Positions 13,921 to 26,843 of a stretch of 64,000 bases of DNA are shown here, in pieces. Origin of the DNA: Eledone cirrhosa (Eukaryota). Below the pieces are notes generated by a model that saw only the letters and a program-made list of their open reading frames with translations, did no database searches and was not told the DNA's origin. Every line of letters starts with the position of its first letter. Positions within the stretch are counted from its first letter, which is position 1. Both the position numbers and the translations under genes were made by a program. Location: NCBI GenBank assembly GCA_964016885.1, contig OZ024742.1, positions 221,278,001 through 221,342,000 on the forward strand. Reading direction: 5' to 3'.

Positions 13921-14298
13921 ATCATCATCATCATCATCATCATCAACGTTTAACGTCCGTGTTCCACGCTTGCATGGGTTTGGACGGGGGTTTTCCCACT
14001 TGAGGCAAGAGTGATTGTCTTGCTCGCATAGGACTGTCTGGCAGGTTTTCTACAGTTGGATGCCCTTCCTAACACCAACCACATTTACAGTGTGGGGCTG
14101 GGAGGTTTTTACCGTGTTGCCTACACGGCCACATTACAGCGTGGACTGTGTGTTTTTTTGTCGTGACACCTACACGATCTCATTTGTTTCGGCCTGGATG
14201 GTGTGGCACCAACACAACTTTACAGAGAAGGGGGCCGTGTGGATGGGGTGGGAGTGGTGGGACGGGGGTGTATTTTGTTAGAGATGCCTACTGACTGT
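13921..14298 (-). mobile_element. 5'-truncated 3' UTR of the PHD-RTE family
   Basis: Near-identical to 62410-62780; (GAT)n tail; (TA)n flank. Confidence 0.85.
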
Positions 14299-14302
14299 AT
14301 AC

Positions 14303-14353
<51 letters not shown>

Positions 14354-15626
14354 CATTTAACACATGCTTTCCTTGCTAGCAAGGGTTGGATGAGCTTTCA
14401 CAGTTCAAATCAGTACTGAAGTGAGTTTACTGATCTCCTAAATAGGCAGGGTCTACCTCTCACTTACATACAGTCCCATGCTCTACCAAGGGCATTTTAT
14501 CATACCACCAGCACTAGGGAGGTTGTCATGTCATTGAAACAATTGAAAGGGCCACCCAACCTTTTGTTTGGAAAGCTTTCTATAGCTGGAAACCTTTCCT
14601 ATCACCAATCACTTTACAGTGTGTACTCAGTGTGTTTATCATTTAGATGACCAACACTAGGGAGATTGTCATGTCCTTGACTCAACTGAAGGGTCCTCTC
14701 AACCTATTTGGCATTGTTACTGTAGCGAGATGCCCTTTCTCTTGCCAACAACTTTACATAATGTAACGAGTACATTTTCTTGGCCCCAGCACTAAAGAGT
14801 TTATCAGTTATTGTCCCAACTGAAGAGCCCTCTCTACTCTGTGGAAGTGTGGGGGTGGGAAAGGAGAAGAAATGCCTAGTTTCTGTTTACCAGATTTCAC
14901 TCAAAAGGCATTAGTCAACTTGAGGCTATAGAAGACACTTGCCTAATACTCTGTGGGTCTGAAACCTGAAACCCAGTGGCTGTAAAGCAAACTTCTTAAC
15001 CACACAGTCATGGGTTATTTTTGAATATTTTTTTTATTAAGCTGAGATTATTTATCATACATTGACTGGTGTTAAGAAGGGCATCCAGCCATAGGAACCA
15101 AGCCGAAATCAGCCCTGTGTGAGCGAAACACGGTCCTCCGACCAGATCTCTTACACAGGGACAGCCCGTCTTACCCATGCTAGCATGGAAAATGGACATT
15201 AAACGACGACGATGATGATGATGATGATATCTGTGTTCACATGATCATTGTGGGGATAAATACCTGATCTGTCTTTCATACATTTCATTGTTTGTGAAAG
15301 TTCATGGCCAAATTACTGTGAGGAACATCATATATTCTAAACTAAACAACTATTTTAGTAATATAATCTGTAAAATTTTAAAATATTACATAACTAAATC
15401 TACGTCAAAATATTTTCAAAATGTTTTTTTAAATATTCAAAACTATTTAATAATATTTTCAATAACTGTTAAAATATTTTCAATAATTCTGGAATTATTG
15501 AAGTACTGTGGATGTCAGCTTGGTAATGACAAAAATAAGTTAAATATCACAGACACAGACATAGATGCAATTATAGATACATACATATAGGCAGACTCAT
15601 ATACATACATACATACATACATACAT

Positions 15627-16235
15627 GATGGCTGCCCCCTCGTTATTGAGTATGGCCATTGCACGATATACCATTATTAATAATTATTAATTAATTCTAT
15701 TGTGCAATGCCTATGCATGAAGATATTTTTTAAAGTGAGGAAAGACTGTGCACTGAGCCAATCCCACTCTCTGAGCGACAGTAGCTATGACCCCACAAGA
15801 AGAAAAGATCAACATCATCGGTAACTACTGGGCCACAGGTTTTATATCGGAGTTATTCCAGTTTCCTGAGTTGCCTTCTCCTAGAAGAATGCCCTGACAA
15901 AGACTAGGGGTCCTTCACTCCCAGTGGTTTAACCACGCGATCGGGTGTCCAGCCCGACTATTTCTATGTCCCCGCGCATATACATACACATGCACCCATG
16001 TATATACACATATACATATACATACATATGAACATGTGTATATACATATTTACACACTTTTGGATGGCTGTTGACTCTTATGAGTTCTTCCGCCCTTTGT
16101 CATGTTTTCAGTTTTGTCCCGCAGGGTGTCCAAAATCACCTTCCTCACCAAGTAAACTTGGTGGGGTTGCCAGCTTAGTTGCCGACGACCCGACCATGTG
16201 ACAGGTTGTACTAGGTTACATGTTATCAGTAGCAC
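15627..16235 (-). mobile_element. Non-autonomous retroelement family A with (ATGT)n tail
   Basis: Inverted homologue at 33175-33639; CTAGGAGAAGGCAACTC motif resembling RTE 5' UTRs; flanked by (CATA)n. Confidence 0.7.
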
Positions 16236-16267
16236 TCATACATACATATATACATACATACATACAT

Positions 16268-16781
16268 GGTGGCTGCCAACTCGTTTTTGAGTACGGCCAC
16301 TACTTTATATATATGTAGGAGAACCCCTACCGATGCGCTGAACGAGTGTGACTTTTTAGTCCAGCCAGCGACTTGAAAACTCTGGTACAAACACTACACT
16401 TGTGACAATTATTGACACATAGTTCTGGGCCCATGGTACCATGTGACGACAAGTGCAGAGAGATCTCCAGATATAAAGCAATGCCTGTGCCGTGAAGCTT
16501 TTATAGTAAGCAAAGGCACTGCTCAAAGCCAGTCCCACTCACTTAACCAAGATGATATTTACCAAAAAGAAGAACAAGTCAACATCATTGGATACCATCA
16601 GAGTTGCAGGTGTTATATCAGAGTTTTCCTTCTCCTAGAATTCTGCCTTGACAAAGGCTAAGGGGTCATCTCTCCCGGTGATTTTGGATGGCCATTGACT
16701 CTTAAGAGCTCCTTTGCCCTTTGACAGGTTTTGTTTTTAGTCCTGCAGGATGTCCAAAGTCACCTTCCTCACCAAGAAACC
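16268..16781 (-). mobile_element. Non-autonomous retroelement family B, 5'-truncated
   Basis: Near-identical inverted copy at 30655-31257; shares 5' part and 3' terminus with family A. Confidence 0.75.
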
Positions 16782-16804
16782 TACCTACCTACATACATAC
16801 ATAC

Positions 16805-17512
16805 AAAAGATAGTCCTGATGACAAACACATTAAAAGCTACAGCAATGTGGAGGACATACATATACATAATATGAAAGAGTACTGGTGGAATGTTCCTGT
16901 AAAAACCCAAATAAAGTGCAGGCACAACAGATCAGATATAATGATATGGGACAGGGAAAAGAAGGCATGCACAGTAGTGGAAGTTAGCTGTCCAGCAGAT
17001 GCCAATATAATATCAAAGATTAGCGAAAAGGAGAATATTTATGCAGAACTAATGAGAAATCTGCAGATACTCCACCCTGACTATACCTTCAGATTTATGC
17101 CTGTGATTATTGGGGCACTGGGATATGTTAGTAACTGCCTCAATACAAATCTTTAGAAGCTAGGCTTCACAGGAACAGAAAGAACACAACTAGTTAGGAA
17201 ATTACAAGTACAATTCATTTATGGAACAGTAAAAATATGTAAAACATTCCAAAAATTTTGCATCTAATAACTGCATATACACATGTACATAAACAAAGCA
17301 TATGCACATGCCCACATACAACTCAAAACATCCACATCCACATCCACATATACAATAACATTCATACCTGCACACACATGCATGCATGCAGACATGCATA
17401 CATATCTACCTAGTTGATGTTGTGTAAATTCCAATGAGAGAGTCTTGTAACTATGTTAGAAACCAACTCTCTCTCTATTGGCAAAAATTTGTGAAATTAT
17501 AAAACCAGAAGA
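16805..17512 (+). mobile_element. 5'-truncated R4/Dong-like non-LTR retrotransposon (RLE C-terminus + 3' UTR)
   Basis: KEYWWN..HNRSDIMIWD..VVEVSCP..KENIY..PVIIGALG restriction-like endonuclease motifs; (CATA)n on both sides. Confidence 0.85.
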
Positions 17513-17860
17513 ACATACATACATACATACATACATACATAGACACAGCCACACACATACATATAGCCATATAGATACTGGCAGACACATACATACAGCC
17601 ACATACATATTCATATAGACATACAAACAGCCACCTACATACATATGTACAAACATACATACACACATACATACACATACATACACACACATACATACAG
17701 ACACATATACATACACACACATACATACACACACATACATACACACATACATTCATATACATACTCACACATACATACATACACACACATATACACACAT
17801 ACACACATACATACATACACACACACACACACATACAGATACATATACACATACATACAT
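17513..17860. repeat. Degenerate (CATA)/(CA) microsatellite
   Basis: Directly visible. Confidence 0.9.
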
Positions 17861-18029
17861 GCCCTAACTGATCCACCAAAAATGTTCATATACTTTAGTT
17901 TATTTATTTATTCATATATTCATTCAGTTCACAACCAAGTTTGCTTTGTCCCAGTCAAATTTGTACTATTGATTGAGAATATTAATAACATTTTTATTGC
18001 TTAGTTATGGGGTTCCTCCGAAGGGTCTT

Positions 18030-19612
18030 TTGAGTAACGTTACTTGATAGAATGCATAGCTAGGAGATCAGAGAGTCACTCCAGGTAGAGCCGCTACTTC
18101 TCCGAATTGAGAGATCACAGCTCCAATACTATGGGAATGTGTTTAGAATGTCTCAGGAAAGAATCTCCGAATTGAGAGATCATAGCTCCAATACTATGGG
18201 CATGTGGTTAGAATGTCTCAGGAAAGAATCTCCGAATTGAGAGATCACAGCTCCAATACTATGGACATGTGGTTAGAATGTCTCAGGAAAGAATCTCCGA
18301 ATTGAGAGATCATAGCTCCAATACTATGGGCATGTGGTTAGAATGGCTCAGGAAAGAATCTCCGAATTGAGAGATCATAGCTCCAATACTATGGGCATGT
18401 GGTTAGAATGTCTCAGGAAAGAATCTCCGAATTGAGAGATCACAGCTCCAATACTATGGGCATGTGGTTAGAATGGCTCAGGAAAGAATCTCCGAATTGA
18501 GAGATCACAGCTCCAATACTATGGGCATGTGGTTAGAATGTCTCAGGAAAGAATCTCCGAATTGAGAGATCACAGCTCCAATACTATGGGCATGTGGTTA
18601 GAATGGCTCAGGAAAGAATCTCCGAATTGAGAGATCATAGCTCCAATACTATGGGCATGTGGTTAGAATGGCTCAGGAAAGAATCTCCGAATTGAGAGAT
18701 CATAGCTCCAATACTATGGGCATGTGGTTAGAATGGCTCAGGAAAGAATCTCTGAATTGGGAGATCCAGCTCTGATGCTATGGGCATGTGGTTAGAATGG
18801 CTCAGGAAAGAATCTCTGAATTGGGAGATCCAGCTCTGATACTATGGGCATGTGGTTAGAATGGCTCAGGAAAGAATCTCTGAATTGGGAGATCATAGCT
18901 CCAATACTATGGGCATGTGGTTAGAATGTCTCAGGAAAGAATCTCTGAATTGGGAGATCCAGCTCTGATACTATGGGCATGTGGTTAGAATGGCTCAGGA
19001 AAGAATCTCTGAATTGGGAGATCCAGCTCTGATACTATGGGCATGTGGTTAGAATGGCTCAGGAAAGAATCTCTGAATTGGGAGATCATAGCTCCAATAC
19101 TATGGGCATGTGGTTAGAATGTCTCAGGAAAGAATCTCTGAATTGGGAGATCCAGCTCTGATACTATGGGCATGTGGTTAGAATGGCTCAGGAAAGAATC
19201 TCTGAATTGGGAGATCCAGCTCTGATACTATGGGCATGTGGTTAGAATGGCTCAGGAAAGAATCTCTGAATTGGGAGATCATAGCTCCAATACTATGGGC
19301 ATGTGGTTAGAATGTCTCAGGAAAGAATCTCTGAATTGGGAGATCCAGCTCTGATACTATGGGCATGTGGTTAGAATGGCTCAGGAAAGAATCGCTGGAC
19401 AGATTTTATGGGCAAAACCAACCAGCAGGAGACCCAGGGGTAGACTCTAAGCAAGATGGTTGGATAATATCCATAAGCTTGGCTGGTCTCACTTGGGGAT
19501 CCAGCCGGATCAGTTGGAGACAGTTGCTTCTGACAGGACCCGCTGGAAGGAGTGTTTAAAGGCTCTGCTTCCATGACCCTCTCAGGAATAAGCGGGCGAA
19601 GAAGAAGAAAAA
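18030..19612 (+). mobile_element. RTE LINE 3' fragment interrupted by tandem amplification of its own coding sequence
   Basis: EIRESLQVEPLLLRIERSQLQYYGHVVRMSQERI..RRPRGR continues across the array; GAAGAAGAAG tail. Confidence 0.85.
18101..19392. repeat. 64-65-bp minisatellite, ~20 copies
   Basis: Unit TCCGAATTGAGAGATCACAGCTCCAATACTATGGGCATGTGGTTAGAATGTCTCAGGAAAGAATC. Confidence 0.97.
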
Positions 19613-20679
19613 AAGATGGTGGAAAAGGCTGTGCCCATCAACCTGGTGGGAAGTAAGGAGGGAAGTATGTATCATCAAATGAGAGGACCTGGCCCAAAAT
19701 GCTTGTAACAGAGTAGACTTAGGATAAATATCATACAAAGACCAGGTGGTAGTATTAAACTAGGTGTTGGATTAAGTCTACCACCCAATTATAGGCCAGC
19801 CACAGCAGGATTTGAACTCAGAACACAATAAACTGGGGCAAATAAAGCAAGGCATTCCATATGATATTGTAGCATTTTTATCAGTTCATCATCTTAGATT
19901 TATACTTTATTTATCGACCCCAAGAAGGATTTGATTTCAGAACACAATGAACCGGAACAAACAGTAAGGGGTGGGGGTGAGAATCAGATTTCAGGGATAC
20001 ACCTGTCTCTAAAACGAATTTTCATGAATTATTTGCATTTTCTTTTTCATTTAACTCTTTCATGACTGCATTTCTAATGAAATACATTCTATCTTAATTT
20101 ATTAATGAAGAATTTTGAAGGATTTACTAAAGTCATTGATTATTTCATTACTAGGATAATAACTTAATGTAAGGATCTTATATAAAATTATGTAAGAAGA
20201 TTCTAATTAAAATTAGAACTCTTTAAAATGTGTTTTTAGTTCATAGAACCAGAGCCGGTTTTGGCTAAGTTAGTAACTAAAGGGTTAAAAAAAAAATTAT
20301 TCGATTTTGTCTTACAGAACAAACCATACATTTCCTTGTAGTTTAAACAATTCTTTGTTGCTTGCTTTTTATTAATAATATTGTGCTGAATAAATATGTC
20401 CATTGGATTAAATAATCAACAACAGCTGGTGTATTAGATAATCTGATAGTGTAGGTTAGCTTCTAATATTCATCATCATCATCACTGTTTGACTGCAGTA
20501 GCAGGCAGCCACAATCCTCCTCTACCCATCACAGCTTTCATAATCAATTCTGGTCCCTTGGTCAAGTTTTGCCCATAAAATCTTGTTAGTGATGAGATAC
20601 AAATTAAAATTATGGCGTAGATTCATCATTATCTCACTAAAGTAGAAGACAGTAAAGTTCTCCTTCACCCATTGTTGCT

Positions 20680-21785
20680 TTCATAATCTACTGTAGTTCT
20701 GTAGTTGGGTGATTGATCCTAGCAATGGGGTCACAGTAGAAGTCAGCCACAGTTCTACATGACCTATATCTGCATTCATAATCTACTGCAGTCCTGTAGT
20801 TGGGTGATTAACCCTAGCAATGGGTAGAAGTCAGTCACAGTTCTACATGACCTATATCTGCATTCATAATCTACTGTAGTCCTGTAGTTGGGTGATTAAC
20901 CCTAGCAATGGGTAGAAGTCAGTCACAGTTCTACATGACCTATTGCTGCATTCATAATCTACTGTTGTCCTGTAGTTGGGTGATTAACCCTAGCAATGGG
21001 TAGAAGTCAGTCACAGTTCTACATGACCTATATCTGCATTCATAATCTACTGTTGTCCTGTAGTTGGGTGATTAACCCTAGCAATGGGTAAAAGTCAGTC
21101 ACAGTTCTACATGACCTATATCTGCATTCATAATCTACTGTTGTCCTGTAGTTGGGTGATTAACCCTAGCAATGGGTAGAAGTCAGTCACAGTTCTACAT
21201 GACCTATATCTGCATTCATAATCTACTGTAGTCCTGTAGTTGGGTGATTAACCCTAGCAATGGGTAGAAGTCAGTCACAGTTCTACATGACCTATTGCTG
21301 CATTCATAATCTACTGTAGTCCTGTAGTTGGGTGATTAACCCTAGCAATGGGTAGAAGTCAGTCACAGTTCTACATGACCTATTGCTGCATTCATAATCT
21401 ACTGTAGTCCTGTAGTTGGGTGATTAACCCTAGCAATGGGTAGAAGTCAGTCACAGTTCTACATGACCTATTGCTGCATTCATAATCTACTGTAGTCCTG
21501 TAGTTGGGTGATTAACCCTAGCAATGGGTAGAAGTCAGTCACAGTTCTACATGACCTATTGCTGCATTCATAATCTACTGTAGTCCTGTAGTTGGGTGAT
21601 TAACCCTAGCAATGGGTAGAAGTCAGTCACAGTTCTACATGACCTATTGCTGCATTCATAATCTACTGTAGTCCTGTAGTTGGGTGATTAACCCTAGCAA
21701 TGGGTAGAAGTCAGTCACAGTTCTACATGACCTATTGCTGCATTCATAATCTACTGTAGTCCTGTAGTTGGGTGATTAACCATAG
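20680..21785. repeat. 88-bp minisatellite, ~12.5 copies
   Basis: Unit CTACTGTAGTCCTGTAGTTGGGTGATTAACCCTAGCAATGGGTAGAAGTCAGTCACAGTTCTACATGACCTATATCTGCATTCATAAT. Confidence 0.97.
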
Positions 21786-22267
21786 GAATGGGGTAGGATT
21801 TGAATCCCTAGGAGGATTTTTAACTCAGAACACCGAGCGCTGCAACAGTTACTGCAAGACATCTTATCTGAAATTCTAGCTATTCTATCAACCTACTGTC
21901 AGGGACTGGTATGCTATTTTATTAACCCCAAATTGATGACAGGAAAAATTGACTGCAGAGATATTTGCACTTAGAGGGCAGAGAGGGAAGAAATACTGCA
22001 AAGCATTTAATCCAATGTCCTAACAAGTCTGCCATTCTACTATTAAGAACGTGGTATATGATTATATGGGCATGTACATAATTGCAGCTGGTGAGATCAA
22101 TCTATTAGATAAATGTTTTATCAATAAACATTTAAAAAAATTCTAAACAAATCTATTTCAAATAACAACACTACAGATATTTAAAAATGGAAAATGAAGG
22201 GAAGGGCAATGGCTCTAGGGTTACAGAAGAATGAGAGGGGGAAGAGGGAGGATGATGGGCTCTAGGC

Positions 22268-22500
22268 CTAGAGCGTGGCTGTGTTGGGGCTGCACCACAC
22301 AGACAAGACCACAAAAGCATTTCCACAGACAATGACCAGCAACACCCACTGCAACAGCCACCCTACCTTGTGTGGCTCCTTGCTCAATCGGGCTGCTGAT
22401 GTTTTGATCTTGCGGAAGAGCTCAGCTGTATAGGATCCTAGTATGCCTGAGGTCTCGACGGCGACCAGTGTGAAGAGGAAGTGGCCAGACAATCCCCGTA
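22268..22500 (-). mobile_element. Relic of a CRE-like RLE retrotransposon C-terminus
   Basis: FTLVAVETSGILG..LLQWVLLVIVCGNA resembles the F.P.AVET.G..G...LQR.S..IQRGNA motif. Confidence 0.55.
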
Positions 22501-22790
22501 TCAATTTATTGATGCTATCGATTGAGATGGTGAAAGCTGATCTCAAGAAACTGAGTTTCGTAAAGAAGTTGAATGACTAAGGAAAGAAATAAGTGAAAGG
22601 ATACAGTATTGGAGAAAACTTATTTAACTTATGCAATCATGTAAAGATGGATGTAGAAACATTAATGATGTTGATAACCTCTTGTGGGTTGAATCATGTA
22701 AAACAGTGGTCACCAACCTTTCTAAAACCGAGGAACTCTCTAAATATTTTGAATTCTTCACGGAATCTATAGACACCTTTATAAAACTTT

Positions 22791-23555
22791 TGTAGTCCTG
22801 TAGTTGGGTGATTAACCATAGCAATGGGTAGAAGTCAGTCACAGTTCTACATGACCTATATCTGCATTCATAATCTACTGTAGTCCTGTAGTTGGGTGAT
22901 TAACTCTAGCAATGGGTAGAAGTCAGTCACAGTTCTACATGACCTATTGCTGCATTCTTAATCTACTCTAGTCCTGTAGTTGGATGATTAACCCTAGCAA
23001 TGGGTAGAAGTCAGTCACAGTTCTACATGACCTATTGCTGCATTCTTAATCTACTGTAGTCCTGTAGTTGGGTGATTAACTCTAGCAATGGGTAGAAGTC
23101 AGTCACAGTTCTACATGACCTATATCTGCATTCATAATCTACTGTAGTCCTGTAGTTGGGTGATTAACCCTAGCAATGGGTAGAAGTCAGTCACAGTTCT
23201 ACATGACCTATTGCTGCATTCATAATCTACTGTAGTCCTGTAGTTGGGTGATTAACCCTAGCAATGGGTAGAAGTCAGTCACAGTTCTACATGACCTATT
23301 GCTGCATTCTTAATCTACTGTAGTCCTGTAGTTGGGTGATTAACTCTAGCAATGGGTAGAAGTCAGTCACAGTTCTACATGACCTATATCTGCATTCATA
23401 ATCTACTGTAGTCCTGTAGTTGGGTGATTAACCCTAGCAATGGGTAGAAGTCAGTCACAGTTCTACATGACCTATTGCTGCATTCATAATCTACTGTAGT
23501 CCTGTAGTTGGGTGATTAACCCTAGAAATGGGTAGAAGTCAATCACAGTTCTACA
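22791..23555. repeat. Second array of the same 88-bp minisatellite, ~8.7 copies, inside the hAT
   Basis: Same unit and orientation as 20680-21785. Confidence 0.97.
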
Positions 23556-23649
23556 AGGCCCAATTAATTTGCTATGTACGGTTTGTAGACCTTGATAAAA
23601 TACAAAACTTTTCAAAAAAAATAATAAAGTATTTATTTATTTTAGTGTT

Positions 23650-25564
23650 TCATGCGTGTGTATGTAATCGGACACAATGGCTTTTCTGCTGCTGCGCCTC
23701 ATCAGTGAGTTTAGAAAATCGAGGTTCAACACTAGTTAATGCCAGTCTCATACACTCGTCAATTGCTGACAGTTTATTCCTCTTCTTTGTGCAGATTTCC
23801 ACCAACTGCGAAAACCCTTTTTCGCACAAATACCTAGATGGGAATAAAGTCAAATACTTCAATGCACGTTGGCTGATTTCATTAAACTCCCCAATCAAGA
23901 ATAAGTCGATCCATAGTTCTTTCTTTCTGCTTTCGAATATCACTTTCAGGTCTTCGTTTGAATTCAAATCCATCAACTGATGTAAGCATTGGGCAGGTAG
24001 TAAATTTTTAAAATTTCCAGCGTCATTTTCTGACACTAACTGCTCGATCTCGGTGAACGGCTTTTTTATCCATAAATTTCCGCTAACAATATATTTTTCC
24101 ATCAAGTCAAAATAATCTGAAAAACCTGTGGAAAGCACATTTAAATGAGAAAGAATAATCGTCTTTAGATTGTTGGAGTCAAAATTTTCTCTCTTTTTAA
24201 GCTCTATTTCAAGGTTTGAAAGTAATTGTCCGATTCAATTCTTTTTATAAAGATGTCTAATTTTGATTGAAAATATGTAATAAAATTGATTGAAGTAAAA
24301 ATATCTGCATTGTTACCCTGAAGACACTTATTTAGTTTGTTCAGTTCACCAAAAATATCTACTAAATAAGCGAGTTGCACATTCCATTCATTGGTTTCTA
24401 ATACACTTGCTCTTTCATCATTCTGTTTTTTTAGAAAACTATTATTTCTTCTCTCAGTTCAAAAACTCTCTTCATAGCATCCCCAAAAGACAGCCAACGC
24501 ACATCATTGTTCAATAACAATCTATTATAATTACTTCCAGAAGATTCACAAATAGATTCAAACATTCTAGAATTTTTTGCTTTTGCATGGATCAAATTGA
24601 TAATTTTGACAATGTCTTTCAGCTGGTCATTTAATATTTGAGCATTTCTGTCTTTGAATTTTTTTTAACACAAAACCTCTCGATGAATCATACAATGGTT
24701 TGAAATACAATTTGGGGTCTGTTCTTTAATTTTTGCAATCAAACCAGAATTTTTACCAGTCATTGCAGCTGCTCCATCTGTTGTTATTGAAGTCAACTTG
24801 CTCCAAGATACACCATTTTAAAAAAAATACTCTTCAATTTTATTGAATATATCTTGACCTTTAGTTGTGATGTCTAATGTCAGACAAAACAAATACTCTT
24901 CTACTAATTCTTTTGTATCAAGGTCTACAAACCGTACATAGCAAATTAATTGAGCCTTGTTATTAATATCCGTAGTTTCGTCCACTTGCAGACCAAAACA
25001 TGGGCTTTTCTTTAGTGCAGTTAGTATCTGATTTTCTATATCAAAAGAAATATCAATTATCCCTCTTTTTACGGTATTTGCTGACAATGGTAACCGGCTT
25101 AATTTTTCTTTGTCCTTAATACTGCAGCTTTCAAAAAGATTCTCTGTAGCAATTTTTATACTTGGCAGAATTAACTGTTCTCCTAATGTAAATGGTTTCT
25201 TGTTTTTACCAATCAAATGTGAAATCTCAAAAGATGTTCTTGTTAAAGCTTTATTTCTATCTGACTTTTTACAAAACAAGTCATACATATTAGCTTGTGA
25301 TTTTTTTATGTTGTTTTTCAGTGAAGTAAAGTATTCCAGTGACTTGTTTTTATCATTGGTGTGATTAGTATCAATGTGTCTTTTAAGTTTTGCAGGATTT
25401 AAATAGCTATTTGATAGAACTTTTGAACATAGCAAACACATGGGCTGATCTGGTGTATCTTTTTTAGTGTCAGCTTTTTGAAATCCATATCTAACATAAT
25501 CATTACACCACTGTCTAACCTTACTGCTGGTATCTAACTTCAGCTTCTTTGCAGTAGACATCAT
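23650..25564 (-). pseudogene. Frameshifted Buster-type hAT transposase (ZBED8/SCAND3/FAM200-like)
   Basis: BED finger CLLC..LKRHIDTNH, LQVDETTD, TTDGAAAM, NHCMIHR, VRWLS, FPSRYLCEKGFS; split over several frames. Confidence 0.93.
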
Positions 25565-26246
25565 ATCAACGTTATTTATCTACAGTTAACTAGAAGAAAT
25601 TTTTTTCAGAGTTCAGCACTTCCTGCATATACTACTTTAGGGTCGTATTAAATATTATTGGTAATGTAAATATATTTAAATATCCGCCATACTAAAAGGT
25701 GCAAAAAATGCAAATCAGCTGATAGTGTAGATGTGACGATGGTATTGGAAATTAATTCAGATATCTTCTATCTATTTTGACTCAAAGTTAGATATAATAT
25801 AAGAAGGCTTTAGGCTGCATTAAACATATATTAGATTGGGACAAATAAAGTTTCGTCAAATGTTTGTGGACATATATATTTATTGTATAAAGTAATTTCT
25901 CAATTGTGAATGCAGATGTCATCAAATGAATACATAATTGTGTGGCAAAGTTTATAGTGTATGCATGGAATACAAAATTACCTTTGTTAGTAGTCAAAAA
26001 TTTACAGGCATTATATATTCTGTGCAAAGTACAACAGAATGTAATGTGTTCTTATTTAGAATTGTCTGTGGAACTGGATGCATGTTGAAAATGACTAGTA
26101 AGCGAGTTCACTCAGTGAGGAAACTTTAGACGACTTTAAAGCTTTTGTGAGGGAAGCAGATTAAAACGTGTTCTCTATTGAAAACATTCTACTGAACTTA
26201 CGTTGTGAGAACAGCGAACTGACCTAATTACAGGCCCCCCTCTGAC

Positions 26247-26843
26247 TTGACGTATGAGTTTTTGAAGGGCGAGATTTTGAGGAGGAATTGTAAGTCGGTA
26301 GAGAGTCGTTTTCGGTCACTGATCGAGGACGAACGATTAGGTGACATGACCCCTACCGCTTTTCTCCGGCATTTGCGGGATTTGAGCGATTCCCAAGATC
26401 AGGATAGCCCTTTCCTGAAGCAATTGTTCTTCTCTCGCCTACCTCAAGAGGTACAGGCGATCCTAGCCCATATGCTAGAGGTAAATACCCTTGATCACAC
26501 TGCTGTCTCTGCTGACAAAATTGTAGAGGTGACGAAGAGAGACACTTCGAAGCCAAAGTACGTTGCTTCCTCTTCTCTTCCTCAATCACGCTCATCAGCG
26601 TCTGATGACAAATTAATCACCACTATGGAAGCCATGATTCGTCAAATGGCGGAGTTGTGCACGGAATTCAGGTCCTTTGGACGGCAGAGGAGCCGCTCAC
26701 GACGTTATTCAACTTCTCGCCACCGTAGCCCTTCCAACACACCAGGAACAACATATTGTTATTACCATGAAAGATATGGTAAAAAAGCCGCCCGTTGTAG
26801 GCCTCCTTGTGCTTACGAGGGAAAAGACGACCAGAGTCACTAA
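26247..26843 (+). mobile_element. Gypsy gag, 5'-truncated
   Basis: LGDMTPTAFLRHL..LFFSRLP, RSRSR tract, C-terminal [18 protein letters not shown]. Confidence 0.85.

Noticed and set aside
18101-23555. Regular arrays as CRISPR
   Set aside because: Head-to-tail units with no unique spacers, no cas genes, eukaryotic context
23528-23980. Plus-strand 150-aa ORF sharing KAQLICYVRFVDLD with the transposase
   Set aside because: Result of the 45-bp inverted duplication plus antisense of the transposase
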